From positions 182,618 to 246,617 of the forward strand of contig CAJXPX010000001.1 of the NCBI GenBank assembly GCA_913058335.1: a stretch of 64,000 bases of DNA. The letters run 5' to 3'. Shown here in pieces: positions 9,940 to 19,546 of this stretch; the stretch's first letter is position 1; every line of letters begins with the position of its first letter. The DNA is from an uncultured Hyphomonadaceae bacterium. GTDB lineage: Bacteria; Pseudomonadota; Alphaproteobacteria; Caulobacterales; Maricaulaceae. The notes beneath the pieces were generated by a model. It had not been told where the DNA came from. It ran no database searches and saw only the letters and a program-made list of their open reading frames with translations. The translations under genes and the position numbers were made by a program.

Positions 9940-10231
9940 GGTGGACAGCCCGCAGAGCTTCGGCCTCTGCCGGAGACCGAATAAAATATGTGTTTCGCAA
10001 AAGCCAAAGCTCTGCGGCAGCGGTTGGAACCGAAGCGGCCTCTTACACGTCTCCCACAGTCACGCCGGTACGAAGCCGTTTGCAGCTTCTGGGCGCGGTA
10101 GGCAGGCTAACCCACTTTCGGTGACCCGGCACAGGCTTGCTGTCACACAAGCTGCTCAGTCCCGCTGTCCCCTGAACCAGAACCTGACGCGTTCCTGTCC
10201 GTGTCCAAGAGAACGAGGTTGAATATAGGGG
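9940..10231 (-). ncRNA. Candidate large structured non-coding RNA, family not recognised
   Basis: GC-rich intergenic block with many helices (15-bp 9950-9964/10003-10017; 7-bp 9943-9949/10164-10170; 7-bp 10072-10078/10083-10089; 5' hairpin 10181-10220). The three clear mismatches are C-A on plus, i.e. G-U on minus. CCCCTATAT -10-like motif just upstream on the minus strand. Confidence 0.55.
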
Positions 10232-10461
10232 CAAAATGCAAAGTCAGGATCATTCTCTCTATAATTTTGTAAGCGGTTGAGAATTATGAGGTTTCTAAAT
10301 CAAAACATGAGGACGGTGCTCGTCTGAACCTCTTTCCCCGACGAACGCAAAAGGATTTTTAGAAACATCTTTCCCTCTTACACTTTATCCAAAGCTTGCA
10401 ATTCGTAGGAAAAGAAACAATTCTCCTGCCATCCCTTTAAAATTCATCTTGAAAATATCCT

Positions 10462-11592
10462 ATGTCCCTTCCCCTCTCCGGCTATCGCCTCATTGAACTC
10501 GCCGGTCTCGGCCCGTGTCCTTATGCTGGAATGATCTTGGCAGATATGGGGGCGGAGATTATTTTGGTTGACCGTCCCGGAGGACTAACTTTCCCAGATA
10601 TTGCCCATCGCGGAAAACGCAGGCTCACACTCGATTTACAGACATCTGAAGGGGTAGCTGTACTAATGGACCTTATAAAAACGGCAGACGGTTTATTCGA
10701 AGGCCTGCGTCCTGGGGTCACAGAACGATTAGGTCTAGGGCCCAAAGACTGTCACGCCGTGAATGCAAAACTTGTTTACGGGCGCATGACCGGCTGGGGC
10801 CAAAACGGCCCTTGGGCGAAAAAGGCAGGCCATGATATCAACTATATTGGCCTGTCCGGCGCGCTTTATGCGATGGGTCAAGAGGAGGAAGTCCCACCCG
10901 TCCCGCTAAATTTGATTGGCGATTACGGCGGGGGTAGTCTTTTTCTTGTCGCAGGCATGCTGGCCGCTTTGCTACAGGCAGAAAAAACCGGAAAAGGAGA
11001 AATTATTGACACTGCCATGATTGACGGCGCTTCATCTCTCATGACGCTGTTTTATACTTTATCAGGACTTGGACAATGGACACCGAAACGCGGTCAAAAC
11101 CTATTGGACGGGGCGATGCCCTACTACCGGTGTTATAAAACATCCGACGGGCAGTTCATGGCAGTAGGATGTATCGAGCCACAATTTTTCGCTGAAATGC
11201 TGTCTCTTTTAAAAATCGAGGCAAAGGACTTTGGGGGACAGAATGAGACGGCGCGTCATACGGAGCAAAAGGCAAAATTAGAAAAAATATTTGCCTCCAA
11301 AACACGTGAAGAATGGTCGGAGGTATTTGATGGATCGGACGCCTGTGTCACGCCTGTATTGTCCTATGTCGAAGCCGCCGAGCACCCTCAAATGGCCGCG
11401 CGTGGCGGTCTAAGTCCCGTTGGCCCCTTTACTCACCCTCGAAGCGCGCCCGTCTTTGGAGAAATAACGGCGCATACGCCACCCGATATTAGACTGCCCA
11501 ATAAAGACGTCACAGACGTCTTTACAGAACTGGGTTATTCGCCGTCAAAAATTAACGAGTTAATCAGTCAAAAAATCACGCCTCAAACATAA
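10462..11592 (+). CDS. CaiB/BaiF family CoA transferase (alpha-methylacyl-CoA racemase-like)
   Basis: ELAGLGPCPYAGMILADMGAEII, EGLRPGVTERLGLGP, GHDINY, NLIGDYGGG. Confidence 0.92.
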   Translation: MSLPLSGYRLIELAGLGPCPYAGMILADMGAEIILVDRPGGLTFPDIAHRGKRRLTLDLQTSEGVAVLMDLIKTADGLFEGLRPGVTERLGLGPKDCHAVNAKLVYGRMTGWGQNGPWAKKAGHDINYIGLSGALYAMGQEEEVPPVPLNLIGDYGGGSLFLVAGMLAALLQAEKTGKGEIIDTAMIDGASSLMTLFYTLSGLGQWTPKRGQNLLDGAMPYYRCYKTSDGQFMAVGCIEPQFFAEMLSLLKIEAKDFGGQNETARHTEQKAKLEKIFASKTREEWSEVFDGSDACVTPVLSYVEAAEHPQMAARGGLSPVGPFTHPRSAPVFGEITAHTPPDIRLPNKDVTDVFTELGYSPSKINELISQKITPQT

Positions 11593-11598
11593 ACGTAT

Positions 11599-12489
11599 TT
11601 AAAGGGAGCCTTTGATAAGCTTCATCACGCCGGAAAAATCAAGTCCGTCTTTACCGGCCGATTCCATCAGAGCGTAAAGCGCTTCGGCCTGCGCGCCAAG
11701 CGGCGTTGCAGCGCGGGCGGTACTGGCCGCGTCCTGTGCCAGGCGTAAGTCCTTAAGCATCATACCGGCAGCAAAGCCTGGAGCGTAATCTTTGTTTGAA
11801 GGCGCCGTTGGAACGGGCCCGGGTGCCGGACAATAACTTGTCATCGACCAGTTCTGGCCAGAGGCTGTCGAGCTGATATCATAAAAAGTCTGGGCATCAA
11901 GTCCGAGCTTTTCCGCCAGATTGAACGCTTCGCAAGTACCAATCATATGGATACCGAGCAGCATATTATTACAAACTTTTGCGACTTGGCCATTGCCGGC
12001 TTCGCCCGCGTGGAAAACATTTTTACCCATATGGTCAAGAACCGGCTTGGCTTGGTCATAGGCCGTTTTTTTGCCGCCGCACATAAAAGTCAAAGTTCCG
12101 CCCGCGGCGCCGCCGACCCCGCCGGAGACGGGAGCATCAATCATGGAGAATCCCTTTTCTTCCGCTTGCGAAATAACGTCACGAGCGGTGGGAACATCAA
12201 TCGTAGAAGAATCAATAAAAAGAGCCCCCTTTTTTGCGTGGGCGAACACGCCATCTTCGCCCATATAGACAGTCCGGACATGCTTTCCGGCAGGGAGCAT
12301 GGTGACGACAATATCGGCTTCGCCAACCGCGTCTTTCGTAGTTTTTGCAGCCTTACATCCGGCTTTCACGGCATTGGCAACGGCGTCTTCCGAAAGGTCC
12401 ATAGCGCGAACGTCATAGCCCGCTTTGGCCAAATTTGTGGCCATACCAATGCCCATATTGCCGAGGCCGATAAATGCGATGGTTGTCAT
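11599..12489 (-). CDS. mmsB: 3-hydroxyisobutyrate dehydrogenase
   Basis: FIGLGNMG, DAPVSGGVGGA, AKVCNNMLLG, WSMTSYCPAPG; lies in the mms operon. Confidence 0.93.
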   Translation of the reverse strand: MTTIAFIGLGNMGIGMATNLAKAGYDVRAMDLSEDAVANAVKAGCKAAKTTKDAVGEADIVVTMLPAGKHVRTVYMGEDGVFAHAKKGALFIDSSTIDVPTARDVISQAEEKGFSMIDAPVSGGVGGAAGGTLTFMCGGKKTAYDQAKPVLDHMGKNVFHAGEAGNGQVAKVCNNMLLGIHMIGTCEAFNLAEKLGLDAQTFYDISSTASGQNWSMTSYCPAPGPVPTAPSNKDYAPGFAAGMMLKDLRLAQDAASTARAATPLGAQAEALYALMESAGKDGLDFSGVMKLIKGSL

Positions 12490-12521
12490 GTCTGTCTCCT
12501 TCGTGAGAACTTACTTAAAGT

Positions 12522-13568
12522 CTAGTTTAAAAATTTCAGAGGTGGGGTCGCCGTTGTTTTAAACAGCCTATCTACTTGCTCATCAGTGACCATATTCGCA
12601 GTTTCATGCGACCATTTTGGGTTCCGGTCTTTATCGATCAGCTGGGCACGAATGCCTTCGTAAAAATCTTGTGTTTTCAAGAAGTTCAGCGATAAGTTAA
12701 GCTCTTGCGTCATGGCCTCTTGAAAATCCAATTCAAGTCCGCGCTTGATGGCTTCAAAAGTGACAGAGAGAGCAAGAGGACTTTTCTTGCGCAAGGAGGC
12801 GGCTTGTTTTTGGGCCCACTCTCCGCTCATACCGTCAAGAGCGTTTAAAATACTTGGCACGTCTTCTTCATTGAAAGCTGTGAGAGCGGCAGGAAAGTCG
12901 GCATCCATGGGGCCGGGTTCCAAAAATTTATCCAGAATGTCTACAACCACCGCATCACTGCCGTCCAGTTTGGCTTCGCTGAGGGCTTTGATGAGCCACT
13001 CATGTTTATCTGATGGAATATAGCCATTTGCGACACCGATCTCGAGCGCCTCAGAGGTCTTAAGACGCGCGCCTGTCAAGCCTAGCCATTGCCCCACGTC
13101 TAACCCCAATCGCGGGAGGAAATAGGTGCCGCCAACATCGGGAAAATAGCCAATACCCGTTTCCGGCATGGCGAAGAGTGTATTATCTCCGGCAATACGG
13201 TGTTGTCCATGGACCGATAAACCGACGCCGCCGCCCATTACAAATCCGTCGATTAGACAAATATAAGGTTTGGAATATCGTTGAATAAGCTCGTTCAGCG
13301 CATATTCGCTGCGCCAGAAGTTTTCGGCGCGGTCATCGCCCGCTTTGCCACTGTCATGCAGGAGGATAACGTCTCCGCCCGCACAAAAGGCCCGGTCTCC
13401 CGCTCCGTCAATCAGAACAGCGCCAATCTTATCGTCTTTTTCCCACTCTAGAAGCAGCCGTGTGAGCTCCTCGCACATTTCCTGTGTCAACGCATTTAGC
13501 GCCTTGGGACGGTTTAAAGTAATATGACCGAGTTGCCCCCGGACTTTAGATATAATTTGGTCTGTCAT
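12522..13568 (-). CDS. Enoyl-CoA hydratase/isomerase, 3-hydroxyisobutyryl-CoA hydrolase type
   Basis: LNRPKALNAL, AFCAGGDV, MGGGVGLSVHG, FAMPETGIGYFPDVGG, DFYEGIRAQLIDKDRNPKW. Confidence 0.9.
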   Translation of the reverse strand: MTDQIISKVRGQLGHITLNRPKALNALTQEMCEELTRLLLEWEKDDKIGAVLIDGAGDRAFCAGGDVILLHDSGKAGDDRAENFWRSEYALNELIQRYSKPYICLIDGFVMGGGVGLSVHGQHRIAGDNTLFAMPETGIGYFPDVGGTYFLPRLGLDVGQWLGLTGARLKTSEALEIGVANGYIPSDKHEWLIKALSEAKLDGSDAVVVDILDKFLEPGPMDADFPAALTAFNEEDVPSILNALDGMSGEWAQKQAASLRKKSPLALSVTFEAIKRGLELDFQEAMTQELNLSLNFLKTQDFYEGIRAQLIDKDRNPKWSHETANMVTDEQVDRLFKTTATPPLKFLN

Positions 13569-13571
13569 AAT

Positions 13572-14711
13572 TTATTGTCTCAAGAGTGAACGGGACACGA
13601 TCATGCGCATGACCTGATTAGTCCCTTCAAGGATTTGATGAACGCGGAGGTCGCGCACGATCTGTTCAATCGGATAGTCTTTCAGATACCCATAACCGCC
13701 ATGAAGTTGCAGCGCATCATTGGCGATTTCGCTGCAATTATCCGTCGCAAAACGTTTTGCCATCGCGCAGGCTGACCCCGCATTAGGCAATTTCTTATCC
13801 AGCATATCCGCCGCGCGGTAAATCATCACGCGGGAGGCTTCCAGCTTCGTGGCCATATCCGCAAGCATGAATTGTGTATTCTGAAAGTCAGAAATACTTT
13901 TACCGAATTGCTTGCGATCTTTGGTATATTCCAATGTGGTGTCCAGCGCTTTTTGCGCGCCGCCAAGGGAGCAGCAGCCGATATTGATACGCCCGCCGTC
14001 TAGACCGCTCATGGCAAATTTAAACCCTTCGCCTTCGCCGCCAACGCGGTTTTCCGCCGGAATGCGGCAGTCTTCCATAATAACTTCTGCAGTGGGTTGA
14101 GCGTTCCAGCCCATTTTCTTTTCATTCGCGCCAAAAGACAGGCCGTCCATGCCCTTTTCAATAACGAAGGTTGAGACGCCGCGCGCGCCGTCATCTGAGG
14201 TTCGCGCCATGACAACATAAATATCTGACCACCCAGCGCCGGATATAAAGCTCTTCGTGCCGTTGAGGATATAATCATCCCCGTCTTTAACCGCTTTGGT
14301 TTTAAGCGAAGCGGCATCTGAGCCAGCGCCCGGCTCTGTCAGGCAATAGCTGGCGATCATCTCGCCGGCCGTTAGCTTGGGGACATATTTTGCGCGAAGC
14401 TCGTCGCTGCCATAGCGATCTATCATCCATGTCGCCATATTGTGGATTGTCAGCATGGCGGTATGAGAGACGTCTCCTCTGGCCAGTTGCTCAAATACAA
14501 TGGCGGAGTCTAACCGGGATAATGCTGTGCCGCCATATTCCTCGCCCGTGTAAATACCGCAAAACCCAAGCTCTGCCGCTTTTTTAAACACATCTCGATC
14601 GAGAAATTTTTCTTCGTCCCACATGGAGGAATGCGGCGCGAGCTCAACGTCAGAAAACTGACGCGCCATATCCTGAATCATTGTCTGTTCTTCAGTAAAT
14701 TGAAAATCCAT
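13572..14711 (-). CDS. Acyl-CoA dehydrogenase (isobutyryl-CoA dehydrogenase-like)
   Basis: YCLTEPGAGSDAASL, LNGTKSFISG, LHGGYGYLKDYPIEQIVRDLRVHQILEGTN. Confidence 0.93.
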   Translation of the reverse strand: MDFQFTEEQTMIQDMARQFSDVELAPHSSMWDEEKFLDRDVFKKAAELGFCGIYTGEEYGGTALSRLDSAIVFEQLARGDVSHTAMLTIHNMATWMIDRYGSDELRAKYVPKLTAGEMIASYCLTEPGAGSDAASLKTKAVKDGDDYILNGTKSFISGAGWSDIYVVMARTSDDGARGVSTFVIEKGMDGLSFGANEKKMGWNAQPTAEVIMEDCRIPAENRVGGEGEGFKFAMSGLDGGRINIGCCSLGGAQKALDTTLEYTKDRKQFGKSISDFQNTQFMLADMATKLEASRVMIYRAADMLDKKLPNAGSACAMAKRFATDNCSEIANDALQLHGGYGYLKDYPIEQIVRDLRVHQILEGTNQVMRMIVSRSLLRQ

Positions 14712-14723
14712 AAATTTAATCTT

Positions 14724-15224
14724 TCAGGTTTCAGCCAATCGTTCTCGTCGGGATCTGCCAAATGGCATGAGCAACAAAGAAAGTAAAATCCAGCCCAGGG
14801 AAAAGCCCCCTGCCGCATAGATCACTCCTTCAACAGTTACCGGCACGGCAGGTTTGAAAATCTCTGCCGTATCGCGGGTTAAGTCCGGATCCCTCTCCGT
14901 GATGAAAATCCAGACCCTTCCCAGCGCTGCGGCGGAATCGAGTCTGTTTTGATGTCCGGAGAGATATTCAAACCGATTGATTACCTCGCTCATCGACTTT
15001 CCCCGAAGGCTCAAAAAACTATCCCCGGAGGACACATAACGAGTTAATGCGTCCTCTCTGGACAAGCCAAACTCACCCGCATCCTGATCAAAGCGAACCA
15101 CAATTTTGGACAGTTCATTTACCGCGCCGGACAGTCTCTGCCGATATTGCTGTTCAAACTCCGGAAATTGCGAGGTCGCAACCCCGCAAAAGAGCGCAAA
15201 GATAAGTATAATGAATGCTTTCAT
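14724..15224 (-). CDS. DUF2937-like membrane protein
   Basis: SQFPEFEQQYRQRLSGAVNEL pattern; N- and C-terminal TM segments. Confidence 0.75.
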   Translation of the reverse strand: MKAFIILIFALFCGVATSQFPEFEQQYRQRLSGAVNELSKIVVRFDQDAGEFGLSREDALTRYVSSGDSFLSLRGKSMSEVINRFEYLSGHQNRLDSAAALGRVWIFITERDPDLTRDTAEIFKPAVPVTVEGVIYAAGGFSLGWILLSLLLMPFGRSRRERLAET

Positions 15225-15289
15225 ATCATTTCTATACTACATCTTTGCGGAGAGACTGACCTCTATAAACGGTAATACTGCTTATCTTG

Positions 15290-16789
15290 CTAGAACGTCG
15301 GAATCACGAATGCATTGTCATCATTCACTTCGGGTTCCGGCCAGCGTTGAGTCACTGTCTTCACCTTGGTGTAGAAACGCAGACCTTCCATTCCATATTG
15401 GTTCGCATCGCCAAAGGCAGAGCGTTTCCAGCCGCCAAAGCTATGATAAGCAACAGGGACCGGGATCGGCACGTTGATACCGACCATTCCGACTTCTACG
15501 CGGTCGGCAAATTCACGCGCAGCGCGGCCATTTTGCGTAAAGATCGCAACGCCATTTCCGTATTGGTGTTCAGATGGAAGTTTCAATGCATCTTCAAATG
15601 TCTCGGCGCGGACAATTTGCAGCACAGGACCAAAAATCTCATCCTTATAGGTTTCCATATCCGGCGTGACATTGTCGAGCAATGACGGCCCGATGAAGAA
15701 TCCGTCTTCATAACCTTGTAGTTTGAAATCTCGGCCATCGACCAAAAGAGTTGCGCCCTCTTTCACGGCTTTCGTCACATCCGCTTCAATGCTGTCACGA
15801 TGCGCCGATGTCACAACCGGGCCGTAATCGGCTTCGGGGTCTTCGGAAACGCCGACTTTCATTGCTTCAATGGCCGGGAGCATATGTTCAAGGAATTTCT
15901 CGGCTGTCCCTTCCCCAACAGGCACGACAACAGGCAAAGCCATACAGCGTTCACCCGCAGAACCGTAAGCCGCGCCAAGAATGTCCTTAACGGCTTGTTC
16001 CATATTGGCGTCCGGCATCAGAATGCCGTGGTTTTTCGCGCCGCCCATACATTGCGCGCGTTTGCCATTGGCTGTCGCCCGGGAATAGACATATTGCGCA
16101 ATATCAGAAGAACCGACAAAGCTGACAGCTTTAATCGTTTCATTATCGCAGATTGCATCGACGATCTCTTTGTCGCCATTAATGCACTGTAGAAGTCCAA
16201 CAGGCCCGCCGGCTTCGACAAATAACTCGGCCAATCGCATTGGGACAGAGGGGTCTTTTTCTGACGGCTTCAGGATAAAAGCATTGCCGGTCGAAATCGC
16301 CATACCGAACATCCACATCGGGATCATGGCCGGAAAGTTGAACGGTGTAATTCCCGCTACAACGCCTAATGGCTTTCTCATGGAGTAAACATCAATCTCG
16401 GGGCCAGCACCGTAAGTATGCTCGCCTTTTTGACCATGCGGTACGCCGCAGGCAAATTCAATGACGTCCACGCCGCGAATAACGTCGCCGCGACTATCAG
16501 CGATAACTTTCCCGTGCTCAGAGGACAACATAGATGCTAATTCGTCCATCTCGGCTTCAACAAGCTCTTTAAACTTAAATAAGATGCGAGACCGTTTTTG
16601 CGGGTTTGTGGCCGCCCATTTCACTTGGGCTTCCGCCGCCGTTTTGACAGCAGCGTCTAATTCGCTCGGCGTTGCCAAGGAAACCTTGGCCTGAACCTCT
16701 CCGGTATTTGGGTTGAAAATATCTTTCGTCCGGTCGCCTTTACCTGCAACGCGTTTCCCGTCAATAAAATGGCCAATTGTTTTCATCAA
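15290..16789 (-). CDS. mmsA: CoA-acylating methylmalonate-semialdehyde dehydrogenase
   Basis: GITPFNFPAMIP, LKPSEKDP, MGGAKNH, AYGSAGERCMA, EIFGPVL, GMVGINVPIPVP. Confidence 0.96.
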   Translation of the reverse strand: MMKTIGHFIDGKRVAGKGDRTKDIFNPNTGEVQAKVSLATPSELDAAVKTAAEAQVKWAATNPQKRSRILFKFKELVEAEMDELASMLSSEHGKVIADSRGDVIRGVDVIEFACGVPHGQKGEHTYGAGPEIDVYSMRKPLGVVAGITPFNFPAMIPMWMFGMAISTGNAFILKPSEKDPSVPMRLAELFVEAGGPVGLLQCINGDKEIVDAICDNETIKAVSFVGSSDIAQYVYSRATANGKRAQCMGGAKNHGILMPDANMEQAVKDILGAAYGSAGERCMALPVVVPVGEGTAEKFLEHMLPAIEAMKVGVSEDPEADYGPVVTSAHRDSIEADVTKAVKEGATLLVDGRDFKLQGYEDGFFIGPSLLDNVTPDMETYKDEIFGPVLQIVRAETFEDALKLPSEHQYGNGVAIFTQNGRAAREFADRVEVGMVGINVPIPVPVAYHSFGGWKRSAFGDANQYGMEGLRFYTKVKTVTQRWPEPEVNDDNAFVIPTF

Positions 16790-16877
16790 ATGTCTCCTTT
16801 GGATTTGCGGCTCAAATTATAGATTGCATTTATTGCCGTAAAGCCCCAATAATCCAATTTACCTTTACATTTTTGCA

Positions 16878-17750
16878 ATGGTTGACATGAACTGGGAAGA
16901 TTTAAAATATTTTGTATTTGTCGCCCGTGGGAAGACACTAGAACACGCGGCGCACGCGTTAAAAGTGGATAAAGCCACCATTTCACGCCGAATAAAACGG
17001 TTGGAAGACAGTCTCGGGAAAACTTTGTTTGAACGCAGCCGCAAAGGCTTCACCCTAACCCATCAAGGTGAGAAACTTTATAAAAGTGTTCAACAGGTAG
17101 ATTTTGAACTGAGTAAAATAGAAAATGATCAACCTGAAACTCCGGATTTCATAACCGGAAACATTCGTATCAGTGTTGCAGAAGGGTTCGGCGCCAGCCT
17201 GATGGTTGATGCCATTGCCGCCTTTCATAAAACAAACCCCTATATTGAAATTGATCTGGTTTCGGGCAGTGGTTTTCTTTCTTTATCCAGACGTGAGGCA
17301 GATATGGCTATTAGCCTTTCAAGGTCGAAGTCACGGCTCATTGATTCGAAGCCATTGGTAAATTACAGGCTTAGTTTGTTCGCTCATAAAAACTATCCAC
17401 GTTTGGCAGAGATTTCCGTTCTCTCAGATCTGTCCGATCACACCTTGATGAGCTACATTGATGATTTGGTTTATGCCCCAGAACTCAACTACTTTGAAAA
17501 CCTCTTTCCCAACTTTTCTGCGTCGATACGCTGCTCTTCCATTCTAGCGAAGCGGCAACTGGTTCTTCGGCAGACGGGTCTAGCCATTCTCCCCTCTTTT
17601 TTAGCGACGGAAGATCTGGTGGAGGTTTTACCAGAGGTCGTTTCTCTTGAGCGGACATTCTGGCTTCAAACACATAAAGCCTTTTTAAACACAGCCCGTT
17701 GCCGCCTTCTTACAAACCATTTGAATAATATGTTCAGCCACACGCTATAA
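16878..17750 (+). CDS. LysR family transcriptional regulator, divergent from the mms operon
   Basis: MNWEDLKYF...TISRRIKRLEDSLGKTLFER HTH; LSLSRREADMAI. Confidence 0.93.
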   Translation: MVDMNWEDLKYFVFVARGKTLEHAAHALKVDKATISRRIKRLEDSLGKTLFERSRKGFTLTHQGEKLYKSVQQVDFELSKIENDQPETPDFITGNIRISVAEGFGASLMVDAIAAFHKTNPYIEIDLVSGSGFLSLSRREADMAISLSRSKSRLIDSKPLVNYRLSLFAHKNYPRLAEISVLSDLSDHTLMSYIDDLVYAPELNYFENLFPNFSASIRCSSILAKRQLVLRQTGLAILPSFLATEDLVEVLPEVVSLERTFWLQTHKAFLNTARCRLLTNHLNNMFSHTL

Positions 17751-17901
17751 TAAAATATTAAGTATATTTTTGGCCTATTCCTTTGATTTTAATAGATAAT
17801 ATATTTCAATATACTTTTATTTCTACGCAAAAAATCTCTACTTTGTTTACGGGATATTGGGAGATTCCAAGTAGTTTTCATTGAAAGTTAGGTGGAAACG
17901 A

Positions 17902-19509
17902 ATGTCAGCAGAGATTAAAAAAACGAGTGCCGATACACGCGCGGCTCTCTCAGGCGTAGAATTATCCTCCGCTCTGGCCTTTGCACAGCTGGAGTATAAA
18001 GGGCGGGAAGGCGACGAAAAACGTAAAGGATCCAGCCCCCTTCCCTCCCACATGCCGGATCGGCGCCGACGCCGCAAATCCGTGTCCGACATCCATGTCC
18101 CGAAAAAACAGGTTAATATGAATGTCATGCGCTTCACTATGCGCAGTATTGATATCATCGCAGTTGTCACGATCATCACACTCGGAATTTGGAATGGATA
18201 TATAGGTGAGAATGATAATGGAATTATTGCGCCGATCACGGCGGCAATATTAGGCAGCTTCTTTTTTATAAGCCTTTTATTTATGAATAGAGCTCATAGC
18301 TTTCGGCCGACCGAAACCTTTATGAAGCATTTAAAAACTATTTTACTGGCGTCTGCCGGGGCGATCGGAGTTTGGCTCACCTTCGCGCTTATTTTACGGC
18401 CCGATAGTTTTTTGCCGGACGCATTAGCGAAGGCAGGACTGGCTGCCACCGCGCTTTTACTGGCCCTTCACAGTTTATATTATGCCGAAACGCGGCGCTT
18501 ACATGAAAAAGGCGCCCTCTCCCCAACGATTGTTATGCTGGGCGCAACCGAGTCTGCCCGCCGGATAATTGAAGAAAATGCTAAGACCAGAGAATTGAAT
18601 ATATTAGCAATTTTTGACGACCGTCTCACTCGCGCTCCCTTAAATATCCATGGCGTCCCTGTCGTTGGCCGAGTGGAAGATTTGCTCGCTTGGGACAAAC
18701 TTCCCTTTGTAAATCGAATTGTCGTCACCTTGCCCTCTATGGCAGAGGAGAGAAAAAGGGCCTTTGTCAATGAGGTCAGATTGCTCCCTAACCGTATTGC
18801 ATTTGTTGTCGATGAATTTGAAACCCTTAATCATGTCCAGCAACGTGTTTCCGAAATTGCTGAGATCTCGATGCGGGACGTTTCCGGCGCTGAGAAAAGC
18901 GGACATCACCTCGCAATCAAGCGGTGTGTAGATGTCCTTATAAGTTCAGTCGCCTTGATTTTAGGCGCCCCTATCCTTTTGATAATTGCCGCCCTTATAA
19001 AGCTGGATAGCCCGGGGCCCGTCATTTTTAATCAACCTCGTCATGGCTTCAATAATCGTGTGTTTAACGTTTATAAATTCCGCTCAATGACGACAGAGAA
19101 AGAGGATAAAGAGGCCGCCCAGCAAGTCACAAAAGGGGACAAGCGCGTGACTAAAATCGGCCGCATAATCCGCAAGACCAGCCTGGATGAGTTACCTCAG
19201 CTTTTTAACGTTTTAAAAGGCGAGATGTCCCTTGTCGGCCCTAGACCACACGCTGTCGGCATGCGAACCGCGGGGAAAGCCTCTATTGAACTCGTTGAGG
19301 AATATGCCCATAGACATAAAGTAAAACCAGGTATGACCGGCTGGGCCCAAATTAACGGGTCACGCGGGGCGCTTGAGAGCGGCGAAGATGTCGCCCGCCG
19401 GGTTCGTCTGGATGTTGACTATATTGAACGCGGCAATGTGTGGCTTGATTTATATATCATATTCATGACCCTCCCTGTTCTACTTGGTGACAAAAAGACA
19501 GTTCGGTAA
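17902..19509 (+). CDS. Polyprenyl glycosylphosphotransferase (initiating sugar transferase, HfsE/WcaJ-like)
   Basis: KRCVDV, DSPGPVIF.Q.R.G, YKFRSM, RKTSLDELPQLFNVLKGEMSLVGPRP; ATG 17902 chosen over the track TTG start. Confidence 0.92.
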   Translation: MSAEIKKTSADTRAALSGVELSSALAFAQLEYKGREGDEKRKGSSPLPSHMPDRRRRRKSVSDIHVPKKQVNMNVMRFTMRSIDIIAVVTIITLGIWNGYIGENDNGIIAPITAAILGSFFFISLLFMNRAHSFRPTETFMKHLKTILLASAGAIGVWLTFALILRPDSFLPDALAKAGLAATALLLALHSLYYAETRRLHEKGALSPTIVMLGATESARRIIEENAKTRELNILAIFDDRLTRAPLNIHGVPVVGRVEDLLAWDKLPFVNRIVVTLPSMAEERKRAFVNEVRLLPNRIAFVVDEFETLNHVQQRVSEIAEISMRDVSGAEKSGHHLAIKRCVDVLISSVALILGAPILLIIAALIKLDSPGPVIFNQPRHGFNNRVFNVYKFRSMTTEKEDKEAAQQVTKGDKRVTKIGRIIRKTSLDELPQLFNVLKGEMSLVGPRPHAVGMRTAGKASIELVEEYAHRHKVKPGMTGWAQINGSRGALESGEDVARRVRLDVDYIERGNVWLDLYIIFMTLPVLLGDKKTVR

Positions 19510-19546
19510 TGTATTCCCTTAATTTAAAAGTTGCGAGGATCGAACC

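Noticed and set aside
9940-10231. Identity as RNase P RNA, tmRNA, SRP RNA, 6S RNA or a B12/TPP riboswitch
   Set aside because: No GAGGAAAGUCC/ACAGAACCCGGCUUA, no GGAUCGAC plus ANDN tag (GCAAAC here gives only ANGFVPA*), no CAGGUCCGGAAGGAAGCAG, not a single rod in a zapA context, and no B12 box or complete TPP core. This was judged by eye; cmscan is still needed.
9781-10234. Short ORFs 9781-9984, 9935-10222 and 10043-10234
   Set aside because: No RBS, no recognisable domain, mutually overlapping; better explained as open frames in a GC-rich structured RNA.
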